DNA from: an uncultured Bacteroidales bacterium
GTDB lineage: Bacteria; Bacteroidota; Bacteroidia; Bacteroidales; Bacteroidaceae
DNA: 60,788 nucleotides
Assembly (NCBI GenBank): GCA_902766625.1
Contig: CACXEH010000036.1
Location: forward strand, 1-60,788
Direction: 5' to 3'
Made by a program: the position numbers and the translations under genes. Each line of letters begins with the position of its first letter. The stretch's first letter is position 1. A model generated the notes under the pieces. It was given only the letters and a program-made list of their open reading frames with translations, did not search any database and had not been told where the DNA came from. This document shows positions 26,122-37,516 of this stretch, piece by piece.

Positions 26122-28399
26122 CAAGCACTTTTGTTGTTGCTGCCTTATTGCCTGAATCGTCATATCCGATAATATAATAGACACCAGACGCAGCACGTTT
26201 TCCTGTATTAGTCCGACAATTCCAGGTAAATGTACCACCGACAGAAGTTCCTTTGTATACTAACTGTCCACCAACTGTTACCACTTTAACCTCACAATCA
26301 TATGTGAAGCCTGTCACAGTTACATTACCATTATATTCAGGACGTACAGGATTGGGATACGCTTTCAAATTATGCGCATTCAGGGTCGGTTCCGGATTAG
26401 TTGCATCCGACTTATAGGAGATCAAACCTGCTTCAGTTCCGAAGAACACTTCACCGCTTTCACCATTTATAGCAATAGAATACACAGTATTGGATAATAA
26501 CGGAGAGTTTTCTTTTGTAAAATGATGAATTGTTGTAAGGCCGTCCGCACTTACCAAATACACTCCGTTTCCAGCCGTAGCAAACCACTTACGATTACCA
26601 CCGTCAATAGCTATATCAGTAATTGCAACACCTGACAGAAGATAATCACCGTAATCTGTGCCATCATTACGCGGAACAATTATCTGTTCAAAATTAGTTG
26701 TTGCGTCAAAAAACGTCCGAGGGTCACGAATGATAAACGGTCCCTGGCTTGTTCCTATCCACATTATACCATCTTTATCTTCTACAACGCAATACACTTG
26801 ATTAATATCATCAGCGCCGTCAAAATTAGATTGGAAACGATGCACATCATCACTTGTGTCATCAACCGTACCATTATAATTCAAGCAAAAGATTCCTGGT
26901 TTATGTTCGGATGTCTTGCGGCGATGATTAATCCATACCCATCCACGCGAGTCAAAATAGATATTATCAAACGTCGGATACCCTGCTATCTCCGGGAAAT
27001 AATAACTCAACCATTGCCCGTCTGGCTTTATGATATGTAATACTGTATCCACCTGATTGTTCATAAACCACAAATTGCCCTCCTTGTCATATGTAACCGC
27101 AGTCGTCCAACCGTAAAACCTATAATTCTGACTGATTGTCTTCGGGCGAATGGTCATAATCGGACTGTTGTCACAATCATATAATCTCACGAACTTGCCG
27201 TCTTTATATTCATAGAGTCCGCAACATGCAGCCGAGATATAGTGATGGGTGTCATCATTGGGATCTTGAGCAATACCTGTCACATTAACAAAACGTCGGC
27301 CAATCTTGTCTCCGACCTCATCGTCCTCAAAATGTGTCCATCCGTTTTTGTCATAAGCCATGATTGTCGCAGGATTAAACAACGCGACATAATTTAAGCT
27401 ACCACCTGCCACTAAAAGTCTGTTGTCTTTTGTGTATGACAGTTTGTAACATAAGTTCCTGACAGGCGCACTAACCTTTATCGGTTCGTCCTTTATTTGC
27501 AACACATCGTTTTCATTAGTAACATATTGTATGCCATCCTCAGGATGATTTGCCCAAAAAGATGTACCGTCCCAACTTGCCCAAATGTAGTCTGAATTCA
27601 AAGGATAAGACTTAAAAACGCCGTCAGCATCCATCGTCACAAACTCGGATGGACCACACAAAACTAATTTGTCTCCATTCGGATTAACAGAAACGTAATT
27701 ACCCGATTTTAATGTTTGCAATGTCCCATCTGCTTCATCAAAACTATATAGGCCATCATTTTTGAATGCGTAGATATCTTCATTGAAATTTAACAACATG
27801 AAGTCCTGGCTACCCGTCAGAAGCTTCCAGTTATTTTTATCCAACAAATTTAATTTACGGAGTCCCGCGTACACGCCTTCCTCTGTCATCGCGAAAATGC
27901 AGTCTTCTGTACATGCAATACTCGTTACTTTTTTTCCTATGTCATACGTATTGGAAAACTCACATAACTCCATATTGACAACTACCACACCAAAATTTGT
28001 CGACAGGTATGCATTGTTTCCTACAACAGAAACATTGTTTACCGTTTTGTCTTGAACAGAACTATTTTTATATTGGGGTATATTGATTACTTTGTCATCG
28101 GTTTCAAGAATATCTATATTATAATTGGAATAAACTATTATGAAACGCGCCAAGTCTTTGTTGTACACAAAATACAAAATGTTAACATCGCTTAGTCCTG
28201 TTGATTCGGACATTGTATATATACCCTTCTCTGGAGTATAATAAAACACACTACCACTCGCCAGAGCATATATCCTATCATTTGCATATATACTTTTAGT
28301 CACATCATAATATGACATGTGTGCAGTCCACTCATTTGACGCCTGGATTTGCGTGCAAGCACACAATAATATCATCCATACCAACAAGTTTTTTCTCAT
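26111..28399 (-). CDS. porZ: Double beta-propeller protein with a T9SS C-terminal domain, PorZ-like
   Basis: About 762 aa from [20 protein letters not shown] (signal peptide). It has repeated two-component-regulator-propeller-like blades and ends with a T9SS CTD (...[24 protein letters not shown]). Size and architecture match P. gingivalis PorZ (about 776 aa). The assignment rests on architecture only. Confidence 0.6.
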   Translation of the reverse strand: MRKNLLVWMILLCACTQIQASNEWTAHMSYYDVTKSIYANDRIYALASGSVFYYTPEKGIYTMSESTGLSDVNILYFVYNKDLARFIIVYSNYNIDILETDDKVINIPQYKNSSVQDKTVNNVSVVGNNAYLSTNFGVVVVNMELCEFSNTYDIGKKVTSIACTEDCIFAMTEEGVYAGLRKLNLLDKNNWKLLTGSQDFMLLNFNEDIYAFKNDGLYSFDEADGTLQTLKSGNYVSVNPNGDKLVLCGPSEFVTMDADGVFKSYPLNSDYIWASWDGTSFWANHPEDGIQYVTNENDVLQIKDEPIKVSAPVRNLCYKLSYTKDNRLLVAGGSLNYVALFNPATIMAYDKNGWTHFEDDEVGDKIGRRFVNVTGIAQDPNDDTHHYISAACCGLYEYKDGKFVRLYDCDNSPIMTIRPKTISQNYRFYGWTTAVTYDKEGNLWFMNNQVDTVLHIIKPDGQWLSYYFPEIAGYPTFDNIYFDSRGWVWINHRRKTSEHKPGIFCLNYNGTVDDTSDDVHRFQSNFDGADDINQVYCVVEDKDGIMWIGTSQGPFIIRDPRTFFDATTNFEQIIVPRNDGTDYGDYLLSGVAITDIAIDGGNRKWFATAGNGVYLVSADGLTTIHHFTKENSPLLSNTVYSIAINGESGEVFFGTEAGLISYKSDATNPEPTLNAHNLKAYPNPVRPEYNGNVTVTGFTYDCEVKVVTVGGQLVYKGTSVGGTFTWNCRTNTGKRAASGVYYIIGYDDSGNKAATTKVLVMK

Positions 28400-28977
28400 T
28401 TTCTTTCTCTTAAATAATTCATCAATTTGCATACAGCTCTGGCACGGTGACTGATTTTATTCTTTACAGATACGCCCAGTTCTGCAAACGTCTTACCTGT
28501 GTCTTCCGGAATAAATACCGGATCATATCCAAATCCATCTGCCCCGCGACGCTCTGTGGCAATTTCGCCATCAACCACTCCTTCGAACAAATGAACTTCT
28601 CCTTTCTCTATTAACGCAATAATAGTGCGAAATCTTGCACGACGACTGTTTTTTTCTTTTAATTCGCTTAAAAGTTTGTCTGTATTGGCTTCTGTGTCAT
28701 GCTGTTCTCCCGCATATCTTGCGGTATGAACACCTGGCGCACCATCTAATGCGTCAACTTCTAAGCCTGTGTCATCGGCAAAGCAATCGTAACCGTAATT
28801 TTCATAAATGAACTGTGCTTTTTGAAGAGCATTTCCCTCCAACGTATCTGCAGTTTCCGGGATATCAACATGACAATTAATGTCTGCCAGACTTAACACA
28901 TCTATCCCCTGAGGCAACATTGCTCTTATCTCGGCTAATTTATGACTATTATTTGTCGCAAAAACTATTTTTGTCAT
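28396..28977 (-). CDS. rdgB: Non-canonical purine NTP pyrophosphatase (RdgB/HAM1 family)
   Basis: 193 aa. Contains [18 protein letters not shown], ...[22 protein letters not shown], ...FGYDPVF and ...SHRARA. Confidence 0.9.
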   Translation of the reverse strand: MTKIVFATNNSHKLAEIRAMLPQGIDVLSLADINCHVDIPETADTLEGNALQKAQFIYENYGYDCFADDTGLEVDALDGAPGVHTARYAGEQHDTEANTDKLLSELKEKNSRRARFRTIIALIEKGEVHLFEGVVDGEIATERRGADGFGYDPVFIPEDTGKTFAELGVSVKNKISHRARAVCKLMNYLRERK

Positions 28978-28980
28978 TAT

Positions 28981-29790
28981 TTAAACATTTATGATTTCAA
29001 GTGGCTGACCGCCTAATTCTGTCGCAGTATCTGAAAAAGAAGAATAATAACTGCCAACAACCAATGATGTTGCTGCCAGACACCACAAGTCTACCACTGC
29101 ATCCTGCATCCCTGTCAGTGTGTTTCTTTGTAATTCTGCGTCCGTTGTTATCATCCTTTCCTTAAATATCTGGCGAAAATGGCGTTTTACAGACGCATCA
29201 TCAGTGCATAGGAATATCTTAGCATCAGGATACTCTGCCAGATATTTGTCCATACGATGATGAAAGTCTGACAACGGACTATGCATGATAGCCTGTTTGT
29301 TATCTTTCCGACGAATATGAACGCCTAAGGTATGCTCAGCAAATAGTGATGTCACATTCGCTATGTTTTTCTGCAACTCCTCTTTGGGATAGAAGATTTT
29401 GCTAAGCTGACCGGAGTCATAATCACACAATGCGTAACATGTAGAAATGTACAACGCATCATATTTGTCACATAGTGTCTCTATCGGCATTTCCGAAGGA
29501 TTATAACACTCAATCTGCTTATCATAATCCCGTGATCGACACAACTTCGGCAACCACAGGTTGCGTTTTGAAGCTATGCTGTTCTTACGCATACCTTCAG
29601 ATAAGATGACATTTTCTTTTTGAAAAGGTAAAAACAAATCTTCCCATCGTGCATTACATTCCTTCGTTGCATGCCACACGATATGGACATTTTTCGTTTT
29701 CTCGTCTGCAATATGTAATGCAGACATGACCACTCTCATTCTGTTTGCCAAACCGCCTGTCGGTACTATTGTAATTCCTTTCTGCCTCAC
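28981..29790 (-). CDS. Hypothetical protein, possibly a fucosyltransferase-superfamily-like glycosyltransferase
   Basis: 269 aa. The N-terminal TGGLANRM and central LGVHIRRKDN resemble the GGLGNQM and HxRRxD motifs of GT11/GT23/O-FucT-like enzymes. Its start overlaps the yitT stop by 4 nt. Confidence 0.4.
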   Translation of the reverse strand: MRQKGITIVPTGGLANRMRVVMSALHIADEKTKNVHIVWHATKECNARWEDLFLPFQKENVILSEGMRKNSIASKRNLWLPKLCRSRDYDKQIECYNPSEMPIETLCDKYDALYISTCYALCDYDSGQLSKIFYPKEELQKNIANVTSLFAEHTLGVHIRRKDNKQAIMHSPLSDFHHRMDKYLAEYPDAKIFLCTDDASVKRHFRQIFKERMITTDAELQRNTLTGMQDAVVDLWCLAATSLVVGSYYSSFSDTATELGGQPLEIINV

Positions 29791-30680
29791 TTTCCTTTTA
29801 TTCTGTCGAATCCGTTTCCGAAGACACCAACTACTTTGCTTTGAGATACAAAGGCATTGGGGTCTATGTTTTTAATCGCTCTGAAAATGTTTGTACTCTC
29901 TCTTCTACGCGCCATAACCATTAAGACCTTCATCTCATTTCTGGTGTACCAACCTTTAGCATCCAACAAGGTTACGCCACGCCCCAGCTCATTGATAGCT
30001 TTCGCAATAGCCTCATGATCTTGGGATATAATAAAGAACTGTACACTCTGCCTCATGCGGTTCATGACATAGTCAAGCATGGATGTTTCTATAATCATGG
30101 AAACATAGCCATAAAGCAATAATTCGATTTGATGAAACACCAAATAGCTTGAAGACGCTATCAATATATCACAGCACAGCAATATCGTTCCAAGACTAAT
30201 ATCTCTGAACTTGTTTATGCATGCCGCCAAAATGTCTGTACCACCGCTGCTGCCGTTATTCAGGAACACAATGCCAAGTCCTATACCCTCTATTGCCGCA
30301 CCCATGACACATGCCATAAAGGACTGGTCACCTAATACCTTCGGCAACTCGCCATCTACCATCATAACATTTTGTGCCGCACCCATCAAGACCGTCATCA
30401 CGCCTACGGCAAAAATCGTATTGAGCAAGAATTTAACGCCCAACAATTTCAGCGCAACACACAAAAGACAGATGTTGATAATCAAATATGTGTACTGCGG
30501 CGAGAAGGATATCGCATAATATACTATCGCAGATATACCTGCCACACCTCCAGGTGTAATATGGTACGGCAATTGAAAGCCCACATATCCTGTCACATAT
30601 ATGGCTATACCTATCGTTATGAAAAACCAGTCTTTTATCTGGTTCTTTAATATAGTATTGGTAGATAATTTATTTGGCAT
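29787..30680 (-). CDS. YitT family membrane protein (DUF2179 C-terminal domain)
   Basis: 297 aa. The N-terminal part is polytopic (...GGVAGISAIVYY...) and a soluble C-terminal domain follows (...RGVTLLDAKGWYT...VLMVMARRRE...FVSQSKVVGVFGNGF). Confidence 0.85.
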   Translation of the reverse strand: MPNKLSTNTILKNQIKDWFFITIGIAIYVTGYVGFQLPYHITPGGVAGISAIVYYAISFSPQYTYLIINICLLCVALKLLGVKFLLNTIFAVGVMTVLMGAAQNVMMVDGELPKVLGDQSFMACVMGAAIEGIGLGIVFLNNGSSGGTDILAACINKFRDISLGTILLCCDILIASSSYLVFHQIELLLYGYVSMIIETSMLDYVMNRMRQSVQFFIISQDHEAIAKAINELGRGVTLLDAKGWYTRNEMKVLMVMARRRESTNIFRAIKNIDPNAFVSQSKVVGVFGNGFDRIKGK

Positions 30681-30683
30681 ATT

Positions 30684-33524
30684 TTACTTCAGCACAATAT
30701 TAACAATACGGTGAGGAACGACTATGATTTTTACTATCTGTTTCCCCTCAAGATGTTTCTTTGACTCTTCTGCCGCCAAGACAGCTTGTTCTATTTCTTC
30801 TTTTGTCGCTTCGGGGGCAAAGTCCATCGTAAAACGAGTCTTTCCGTTAAAAGAAATACCTAAGGTCTCGGTATCAACCTTGAGATATTGTTCATTCAAT
30901 TCCGGCCATGCGGCATCACATACAGATGTTTTGTGTCCCAACATTTCCCACAACTCTTCTGCGAGGTGAGGGCAGAATGGTGCAATGAGTACAGTAAGTT
31001 GTTCTTTTATTTTACGGGAAGCTGACTTTAGTTTCACCAATTCGTTTACACATATCATGAATGCTGCGATTGACGTATTATAAGAGAATTCCTCTATATC
31101 GGTCGTCACTTTCTTAATTAATGTGTGCAACGCTTTCAGTTCTTCTTTTGAAGGGTCATTGTCTGTCGCGATGAGTTCGCCATCCTGCCCAACGAAGAAA
31201 TTCCAGAATTTCTTTAAGAAACGGTAGCAGCCGTCTATGCCATTAGTATCCCACGGTTTACTCTGTTCTACCGGACCGAGGAACATTTCATATAGACGCA
31301 ATGTGTCAGCTCCGAATTTTTCTATAATCATATCTGGATTAACAACATTGAACATTGACTTTGACATTTTCTCCACGGCCCAACCACATACATATTTACC
31401 ATCATCATTCAGGATAAACTCTGCAGTGGCATATTCGGGTCTCCACTTCTTAAAGGCCTCAACGTCCAAGATATCAGCAGAAACGATATTGACATCCACA
31501 TGAATAGGTGTGACGTCGTATTGGTCTTTTTTATCAAAAGACACAAAGGTATTCGTGTCTTTTATTCTATAGACAAAATTACTGCGACCTTGTATCATAC
31601 CTTGATTTACCAATTTCTGGAACGGCTCCTCTGTGACACTGACACCTAAGTCAAATAAGAATTTGTTCCAGAAACGAGAATAAATCAGGTGTCCGGTAGC
31701 ATGCTCTGAACCTCCGACATAAAGGTCTACGCTCTTCCAATATTGCACAGCCTCCGGTGAAACAAGCGCCTGACCATTGTGCGGGTCCATATAACGCAAG
31801 TAATATGCTGAAGAGCCTGCAAAACCTGGCATTGTATATAATTCTATGGGAAATACAGTCTTATCATCTATCTTACTGTTTTCAACAATCTTATTGTTCA
31901 CCTCGTCCCATGCCCATACAGAAGCATGACCAAGAGGCGGCTCGCCCGTCTCTGTCGGTAGAAATTTCTCAACCTGGGGAAGTTGCACAGGCAGACACTC
32001 TTCTGGTATCATCTGTGGTATACCATGTTTGTAATATACCGGGAACGGCTCACCCCAGTAACGTTGACGTGAGAATATGGCATCACGCAAACGATAGTTG
32101 ACCTTCACTCTTCCCAGTTGATGTGAGGTGACATACTCTTTTGTAGCAGCTATAGCCTCCTTGACACTCAACCCATTCAAAGTGAAATCCACATACGGCT
32201 TTGCACCCTGACGGGGTGAATTGACAACCGTACCTTCCTTGGCGTCATAACTTTCCTCACTGACATCTGCGCCTTCAATCAATGGAATAATCGGCAAGTT
32301 GAAATGCTTGGCAAACGCATAGTCACGCGAGTCATGAGCCGGCACTGCCATTATCGCACCCGTACCATAGCCGGCAAGGACATATTCTGAAATCCAAATC
32401 GGTATGCTTTCGCCTGTAAACGGATTGATTGCATACGAACCGGAGAACACTCCTGTAACCTTATGATCTATCATACGCTCACGCTCGGTGCGCCCTTTAA
32501 CGTAAGCAATATATTTTTCAACTTCTTCCTTTTGCTCCGGAGTAGTTGTTGTCTGCACCAACTCGCTCTCTGGTGCCAGCACCATGAAAGTCACGCCAAA
32601 AATTGTATCAGCCCTGGTGGTAAAAATGGTAAACTTCTCATCCGTACCTGCTATCCGGAATTCCATTTCAGTACCTTCCGAACGGCCAATCCAATTTCTT
32701 TGGGTCTCTTTAATAGACTCACTCCAGTCTATCGTATCCAGTCCGTCCAAAAGCCTTTGAGAATATGCGCTCACACGCAGGCACCATTGCCGCATCTTCT
32801 TCTGCTCTACGGGATACCCACCTCTTACCGAGACGCCATCCACTACTTCATCATTTGCCAATACGGTTCCCAAGCCTGGACACCAGTTCACCATTGTCTC
32901 ACCCAGAAAAGCTATGCGGTAATTCATCAGAGTGTCAGACTTCTGCTTGTCATCCATATTATTCCATTCCGTCGCAGTGAAGTCTATTTGCTCTGTTTGA
33001 GCCACATCAATGCCTATTGAACCTTTTTCCTCAAAACGACTGATAAGTTTTTCTATCGGCTGTGCCTTCTGGCACTTATTGCAGAAGAAACTATTGAACA
33101 TTTTTTGAAACGCCCATTGGGTCCAGTGGTAATATTTAGGGTCACATGTGCGTACTTCCCTGTCCCAGTCAAAGCAGAAACCTATCTTGTCCAACTGTTC
33201 ACGGTAACGGTCTATATTGGCAAACGTCGTTTTCTCGGGATGTTGTCCGGTCTGAATGGCATACTGCTCAGCTGGCAGACCATATGCATCATAGCCCATA
33301 GGATTCAACACATTGTATCCCTGCAGACGTTTTGCACGGGCATAAATATCGGAGGCAATATATCCCAACGGATGGCCCACGTGCAGTCCCGCCCCTGAAG
33401 GATACGGAAACATGTTAAGTACATAATACTTCGGCTTGCCGGTATCTTCTGTAACCTTGTATGTGTTGTGTTCCACCCAATAGCGTTGCCACTTCTTCTC
33501 AATAGCCTTAAAATTATATTCCAT
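30684..33524 (-). CDS. leuS: Leucine--tRNA ligase
   Basis: 946 aa. Begins [16 protein letters not shown], with the HIGH region ([16 protein letters not shown]), the KMSKS motif and a CP1 editing domain. Confidence 0.97.
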   Translation of the reverse strand: MEYNFKAIEKKWQRYWVEHNTYKVTEDTGKPKYYVLNMFPYPSGAGLHVGHPLGYIASDIYARAKRLQGYNVLNPMGYDAYGLPAEQYAIQTGQHPEKTTFANIDRYREQLDKIGFCFDWDREVRTCDPKYYHWTQWAFQKMFNSFFCNKCQKAQPIEKLISRFEEKGSIGIDVAQTEQIDFTATEWNNMDDKQKSDTLMNYRIAFLGETMVNWCPGLGTVLANDEVVDGVSVRGGYPVEQKKMRQWCLRVSAYSQRLLDGLDTIDWSESIKETQRNWIGRSEGTEMEFRIAGTDEKFTIFTTRADTIFGVTFMVLAPESELVQTTTTPEQKEEVEKYIAYVKGRTERERMIDHKVTGVFSGSYAINPFTGESIPIWISEYVLAGYGTGAIMAVPAHDSRDYAFAKHFNLPIIPLIEGADVSEESYDAKEGTVVNSPRQGAKPYVDFTLNGLSVKEAIAATKEYVTSHQLGRVKVNYRLRDAIFSRQRYWGEPFPVYYKHGIPQMIPEECLPVQLPQVEKFLPTETGEPPLGHASVWAWDEVNNKIVENSKIDDKTVFPIELYTMPGFAGSSAYYLRYMDPHNGQALVSPEAVQYWKSVDLYVGGSEHATGHLIYSRFWNKFLFDLGVSVTEEPFQKLVNQGMIQGRSNFVYRIKDTNTFVSFDKKDQYDVTPIHVDVNIVSADILDVEAFKKWRPEYATAEFILNDDGKYVCGWAVEKMSKSMFNVVNPDMIIEKFGADTLRLYEMFLGPVEQSKPWDTNGIDGCYRFLKKFWNFFVGQDGELIATDNDPSKEELKALHTLIKKVTTDIEEFSYNTSIAAFMICVNELVKLKSASRKIKEQLTVLIAPFCPHLAEELWEMLGHKTSVCDAAWPELNEQYLKVDTETLGISFNGKTRFTMDFAPEATKEEIEQAVLAAEESKKHLEGKQIVKIIVVPHRIVNIVLK

Positions 33525-33559
33525 ATGTTATTTTGATATTTTATGTATAGAAACAACTG

Positions 33560-33567
33560 CAAAGATA
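33560..33567 (-). promoter_or_regulatory. Candidate -7 box (TATCTTTG) for leuS
   Basis: The reverse complement of caaagata matches TAnnTTTG. It lies about 36 nt upstream of the leuS ATG. Confidence 0.4.
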
Positions 33568-33682
33568 CAATCTTTTTTTGGGAGACTGAACGGTTTTCTT
33601 TTGTTTTTAACGTATTCTGTGCTAACGCTTAAACGACTGGTAAATATTACTCTTTCATATCTATCATAATGACTAAATTATG

Positions 33683-33690
33683 TATTTTTG
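33683..33690 (+). promoter_or_regulatory. Candidate -7 box (TATTTTTG) for the GH2 gene
   Basis: Matches TAnnTTTG. It lies inside the extended ORF, which supports the ATG at 33735 as the true start. Confidence 0.4.
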
Positions 33691-33734
33691 TAAATTATAC
33701 ACATAATACAGAACCGATAAAAGAGTATATCATC

Positions 33735-36700
33735 ATGTTTAGGAGATTATTTATCATGTGGATCACGGCAGGATTGTACATATTATCTATCCCCTCTATA
33801 CTCGCTCAGACAAGAGGAATCGGAATATATCCAGGCAATTCCGCTGAATGTTTTGCGCCCATTCTCGTAAAAGATCAACAAAAACGCAACATTGCATTAT
33901 ACCGAACTGCACGCAGTTCCTCCAGTCTGGATTACAACCTGACAGCCCAGTTGCTGACCGATGGTATCATCTCTCGTGACGAACCTCCTTTTATTGAGAC
34001 ATTCACACCATCAGGCCGGTTGTCGCGTGACATATGCGAGCATGCCATTGATGGTGGAAAATACACAAAAAACATCTTAATGGGTGACAGTGCCTTTTTA
34101 GAATATCGGCTACATCATTATCAATTAAAATTTCTGCGTGTAGAGGTTCAGTATGAAGTAATCTATGATGAACAAAAGGCTCATGGCGGTTGGCTGATGG
34201 AGATGTATACAAACGATAACAGCCATCCTCAAGTCACGGCATCAGGTATAAACCTGCCTGGCGTGCCCAAAAGCAAGAAAGCCCATAGTGATCCTAACAA
34301 GCAGACAGACCAACCGACGCAATCTGTTCGCAAGGGTTCATGCACGTTTACGTTACCCAGTATTGTCACGACCGACCGCATCCGTTTTACGTTTAATCTG
34401 CATGGAGCCTCTTATTGGTACGTTTATTCCGTCAGATTTTTTGACGAACATGGTGAATTAACCAATATCTTACCCTCCAGCCACTTTAGCAGTACATGGA
34501 TGGCTTCATCCAATGAAAACCAATGGGTTAGTGTGGATCTTGGCACACAAGCCGCATTAGAACTGTTACATTTGCACTGGATACATCCCGCAAACAAAGG
34601 AGAAGTGCTGATTTCCAATAATGGACAAGAATGGAAGTCTGCCGGCCATCTACAAGGCAATCAGCCTGTAGAAACTATTCAAATAAACACTACCGGCCGC
34701 TTTGTACGCATCAATATGACACAAGACGACGGTAGCGGTTTTTATGGTTTGAGCGAGTTGGAGGTCATCGGTACAGGAGGCCTGCATACTATTCCGCATA
34801 AGCCAGAGAAAGTAACAGGTAACCGCATAAGCCTCAATGGCGGAGACTGGCGTTTGATGCGCCAATATAACGGCATGCCCGATGGCACACAACTGAGCCG
34901 CAAGGATATCAACACCTCAAAATGGATTATCGCCACCGTACCCGGTACCGTTCTGACTTCATACGTTAACGTTGGCGCCGTCCCTAATCCCAATATCAGC
35001 AACGACATGCTCCACATCTCTGAATCCTATTTTTGCAATACTCCTTTTTGGTATCGCCGAACATTCACAATACCTGCCGAGATGCAAGGAAGACGCATTT
35101 TCCTTCATCTCGACGGCATCAATTGGAAAGCCGGAATATTTCTTAACGGACAGCGTATCAAACAAACCTGTGGTGCCTTCATACGCAGCAAAGTTGACAT
35201 TACCCAAATACTAAAAAAGGATATCAATGTTCTGGCAATTTGCATTGAGCCAAATGCTCATTTTGGTTCGGTCAAAGAGAAAAATTATCAACTTCCCGAC
35301 CTCAACGGCGGAATACTCGGCTTGGATAATCCAACGTTTCACGCCTCTATCGGCTGGGACTGGAATGCTACAGTCAGAGGCCGCAACATGGGCATCTGGG
35401 ACGATGTCTATCTTTCAGTTTCAGGTGACATAAGCCTCAGCGACCCTTTGATTACAACACACTTGGCATTGCCTGACACCATCGCCACGTTAACCCCGTC
35501 AGTTTTCCTTAAAAACAACACCGATTCTACCATTCAGGGCACATTGCATGGATGGATCGGAAACATCCGATTCGAAAAAACCGTTACACTGCATGGCCAA
35601 GAAGAAAGAGAAGAACACTTCTTGCCTGAAGATTTTTCACAATTATCCGGAGTGCGGATGCCCTTGTGGTGGCCAAACACCTACGGAACCCCCTATCTCC
35701 ATCAGGCAGGCTTTAGTTTTGAACAAGAAAATATCTGTTCCGACTCTATCGGATTTATGGCAGGACTGAGACAGGTTGATTATAGGGACACAATGAGCCA
35801 CCTGCGTATATTTATCAACGGAAAACGGTTTGTACCATTGGGAGGCAACTGGGGGTTTGGCGAGATGCAACTCAATTATCGCAGACGTGAATACGATGCT
35901 GCCGCCCGCTATCATCGTGAGCAAAATTTCACAATGATACGCAATTGGGTAGGCCAGACCGGTGACAAGGAGTTTTACGAAGCCTGCGACCGCTATGGTA
36001 TTGTCGTATGGCAGGATTTCTGGCTTGCCAACCCAGCTGACGGACCTGACCCGGCAGACAATAAGATGTTTCTCGCAACTGCACTTGACTATTTGCGTCG
36101 CATACGACAGCATGCCTGTATAGGTATATACTGCGGACGCAACGAAGGATATCCGCCTCAATCTCTTAACAAGAGTCTAAATGAATATGTCGGTCAGATT
36201 CACCCAGGAATAACATACATCCCATCTTCAGCTGATGACGGAGTAAGCGGCCACGGTCCGTACAGGGCTTTGTCCCGTAAAGACTATTTCCGCCTGACAA
36301 CACCTTTATTTCATACCGAACGCGGAATGCCTTGCGTGACAACTTACGAAAGTTTGTGCCGCATGATGTATCCGCAAGACCGGTGGCCTCAAGGCGACAT
36401 CTGGGGCATACACGATTTCACGCAGCAAGGAGCCCAGCGATGCTCTACTTTCAATGACCTCGTTTATCAAACTTTCGGCAAAGCTGCCAACGCACGCCAA
36501 TTTTGCGAGTGGGCGCAATGGATTAACTTTGACGGCTACCGCGCTATGTTCGAGAGCAATCACCAGACCCGTTCCGGTCTTCTGCTTTGGATGAGCCACC
36601 CTGCATGGCCCAGCCTCTCTTTCCAGACCTACGATTACTATTTGGAACCCACTGCAGCTTATTTTGCTTGCAAACTGGCCTGCGAACCGACGCACATACA

Positions 36701-37268
36701 ATGGAATGCGCTGACAGACAGTGTACAAGTTGTGCATCGTTTTGACCACAGCCAGCAAAACGTAGAAGTAAAGGCTCAATTGTGTGACACAAACGGGAAG
36801 AACCTATGGGAACGCACAGAAAAGCTAAATCTGAAGCCCGACATGACACATAATTGTTTCACCGTGGAGTACCCGTCGTACCTGCCGGAAACCTTTATAC
36901 TCTGCCTGCGACTGCATGACAGCAAAAATCATATCATTTCACAAAATAAATATGTCTGCAGTCGCAAAAACAGTGATTTAAGCTCCTTACGCCAAATCAG
37001 ACCCGCACATCTGGACATTCACACCGACACAGCACCCGGACTTGCACATGTCACTATACGAAATACAGATAATATTGCCGCACTGATGATACGCCTCAAT
37101 CTCAAACAAAAGAACGGTCAACAGGTTTTACCCGTCATCTACAGTGACAACTATTTTCATTTAATGCCGGGCGAAGAAAAACAGGTCACAATCCAATGGG
37201 ATATCAATGATGCACAACATCGGCAGACAATCGTGGAGACAAATTGGTTTAATCAGGAACACGAATAA
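33735..37268 (+). CDS. Glycoside hydrolase family 2 enzyme with an N-terminal F5/8 type C (discoidin) domain (beta-mannosidase/exo-glucosaminidase-like)
   Basis: Signal peptide MFRRLFIMWITAGLYILSIPSILAQ. Discoidin-like NQWVSVDLGTQAALELLHLHW. GH2 sugar-binding, Ig and TIM regions are present (WYRRTF..., VWQDFWLANP, CGRNEG). Confidence 0.85.
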   Translation: MFRRLFIMWITAGLYILSIPSILAQTRGIGIYPGNSAECFAPILVKDQQKRNIALYRTARSSSSLDYNLTAQLLTDGIISRDEPPFIETFTPSGRLSRDICEHAIDGGKYTKNILMGDSAFLEYRLHHYQLKFLRVEVQYEVIYDEQKAHGGWLMEMYTNDNSHPQVTASGINLPGVPKSKKAHSDPNKQTDQPTQSVRKGSCTFTLPSIVTTDRIRFTFNLHGASYWYVYSVRFFDEHGELTNILPSSHFSSTWMASSNENQWVSVDLGTQAALELLHLHWIHPANKGEVLISNNGQEWKSAGHLQGNQPVETIQINTTGRFVRINMTQDDGSGFYGLSELEVIGTGGLHTIPHKPEKVTGNRISLNGGDWRLMRQYNGMPDGTQLSRKDINTSKWIIATVPGTVLTSYVNVGAVPNPNISNDMLHISESYFCNTPFWYRRTFTIPAEMQGRRIFLHLDGINWKAGIFLNGQRIKQTCGAFIRSKVDITQILKKDINVLAICIEPNAHFGSVKEKNYQLPDLNGGILGLDNPTFHASIGWDWNATVRGRNMGIWDDVYLSVSGDISLSDPLITTHLALPDTIATLTPSVFLKNNTDSTIQGTLHGWIGNIRFEKTVTLHGQEEREEHFLPEDFSQLSGVRMPLWWPNTYGTPYLHQAGFSFEQENICSDSIGFMAGLRQVDYRDTMSHLRIFINGKRFVPLGGNWGFGEMQLNYRRREYDAAARYHREQNFTMIRNWVGQTGDKEFYEACDRYGIVVWQDFWLANPADGPDPADNKMFLATALDYLRRIRQHACIGIYCGRNEGYPPQSLNKSLNEYVGQIHPGITYIPSSADDGVSGHGPYRALSRKDYFRLTTPLFHTERGMPCVTTYESLCRMMYPQDRWPQGDIWGIHDFTQQGAQRCSTFNDLVYQTFGKAANARQFCEWAQWINFDGYRAMFESNHQTRSGLLLWMSHPAWPSLSFQTYDYYLEPTAAYFACKLACEPTHIQWNALTDSVQVVHRFDHSQQNVEVKAQLCDTNGKNLWERTEKLNLKPDMTHNCFTVEYPSYLPETFILCLRLHDSKNHIISQNKYVCSRKNSDLSSLRQIRPAHLDIHTDTAPGLAHVTIRNTDNIAALMIRLNLKQKNGQQVLPVIYSDNYFHLMPGEEKQVTIQWDINDAQHRQTIVETNWFNQEHE

Positions 37269-37274
37269 TAGCGA

Positions 37275-37379
37275 TGCTCCGTTAATTCCATCTGCCGGAA
37301 CGTAAATTCCGGCAGATGGAACGTAGATTTCATGGCATGGAACATACATTCCACGGGATGGAACATAAAAATTTACGCA
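37275..37379 (+). repeat. 21-bp tandem mini-palindrome array, locus C (5 units)
   Basis: Units: tgctccgttaattccatctgc / cggaacgtaaattccggcaga / tggaacgtagatttcatggca / tggaacatacattccacggga / tggaacataaaaatttacgca. Unit 2 plus its flanks forms a perfect 10-bp hairpin (tctgccggaa cgtaaa ttccggcaga, 37291-37316). Confidence 0.85.
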
Positions 37380-37471
37380 GTGGCCGGACCTGCCGCACGC
37401 GCTAATTCAGCATGAGTTCCGACTACATGAAAAAAATCCAGTCCGGTTTATCCGTTCACAAAAAAATATCG

Positions 37472-37479
37472 TACATTTG
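37472..37479 (+). promoter_or_regulatory. Candidate -7 box (TACATTTG) for the AlaX-like gene
   Basis: Matches TAnnTTTG. The next in-frame ATG is at 37517. Confidence 0.4.
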
Positions 37480-37516
37480 TAAAGACAATGAGCCCCTTAA
37501 GAGAAACCACACAGAT

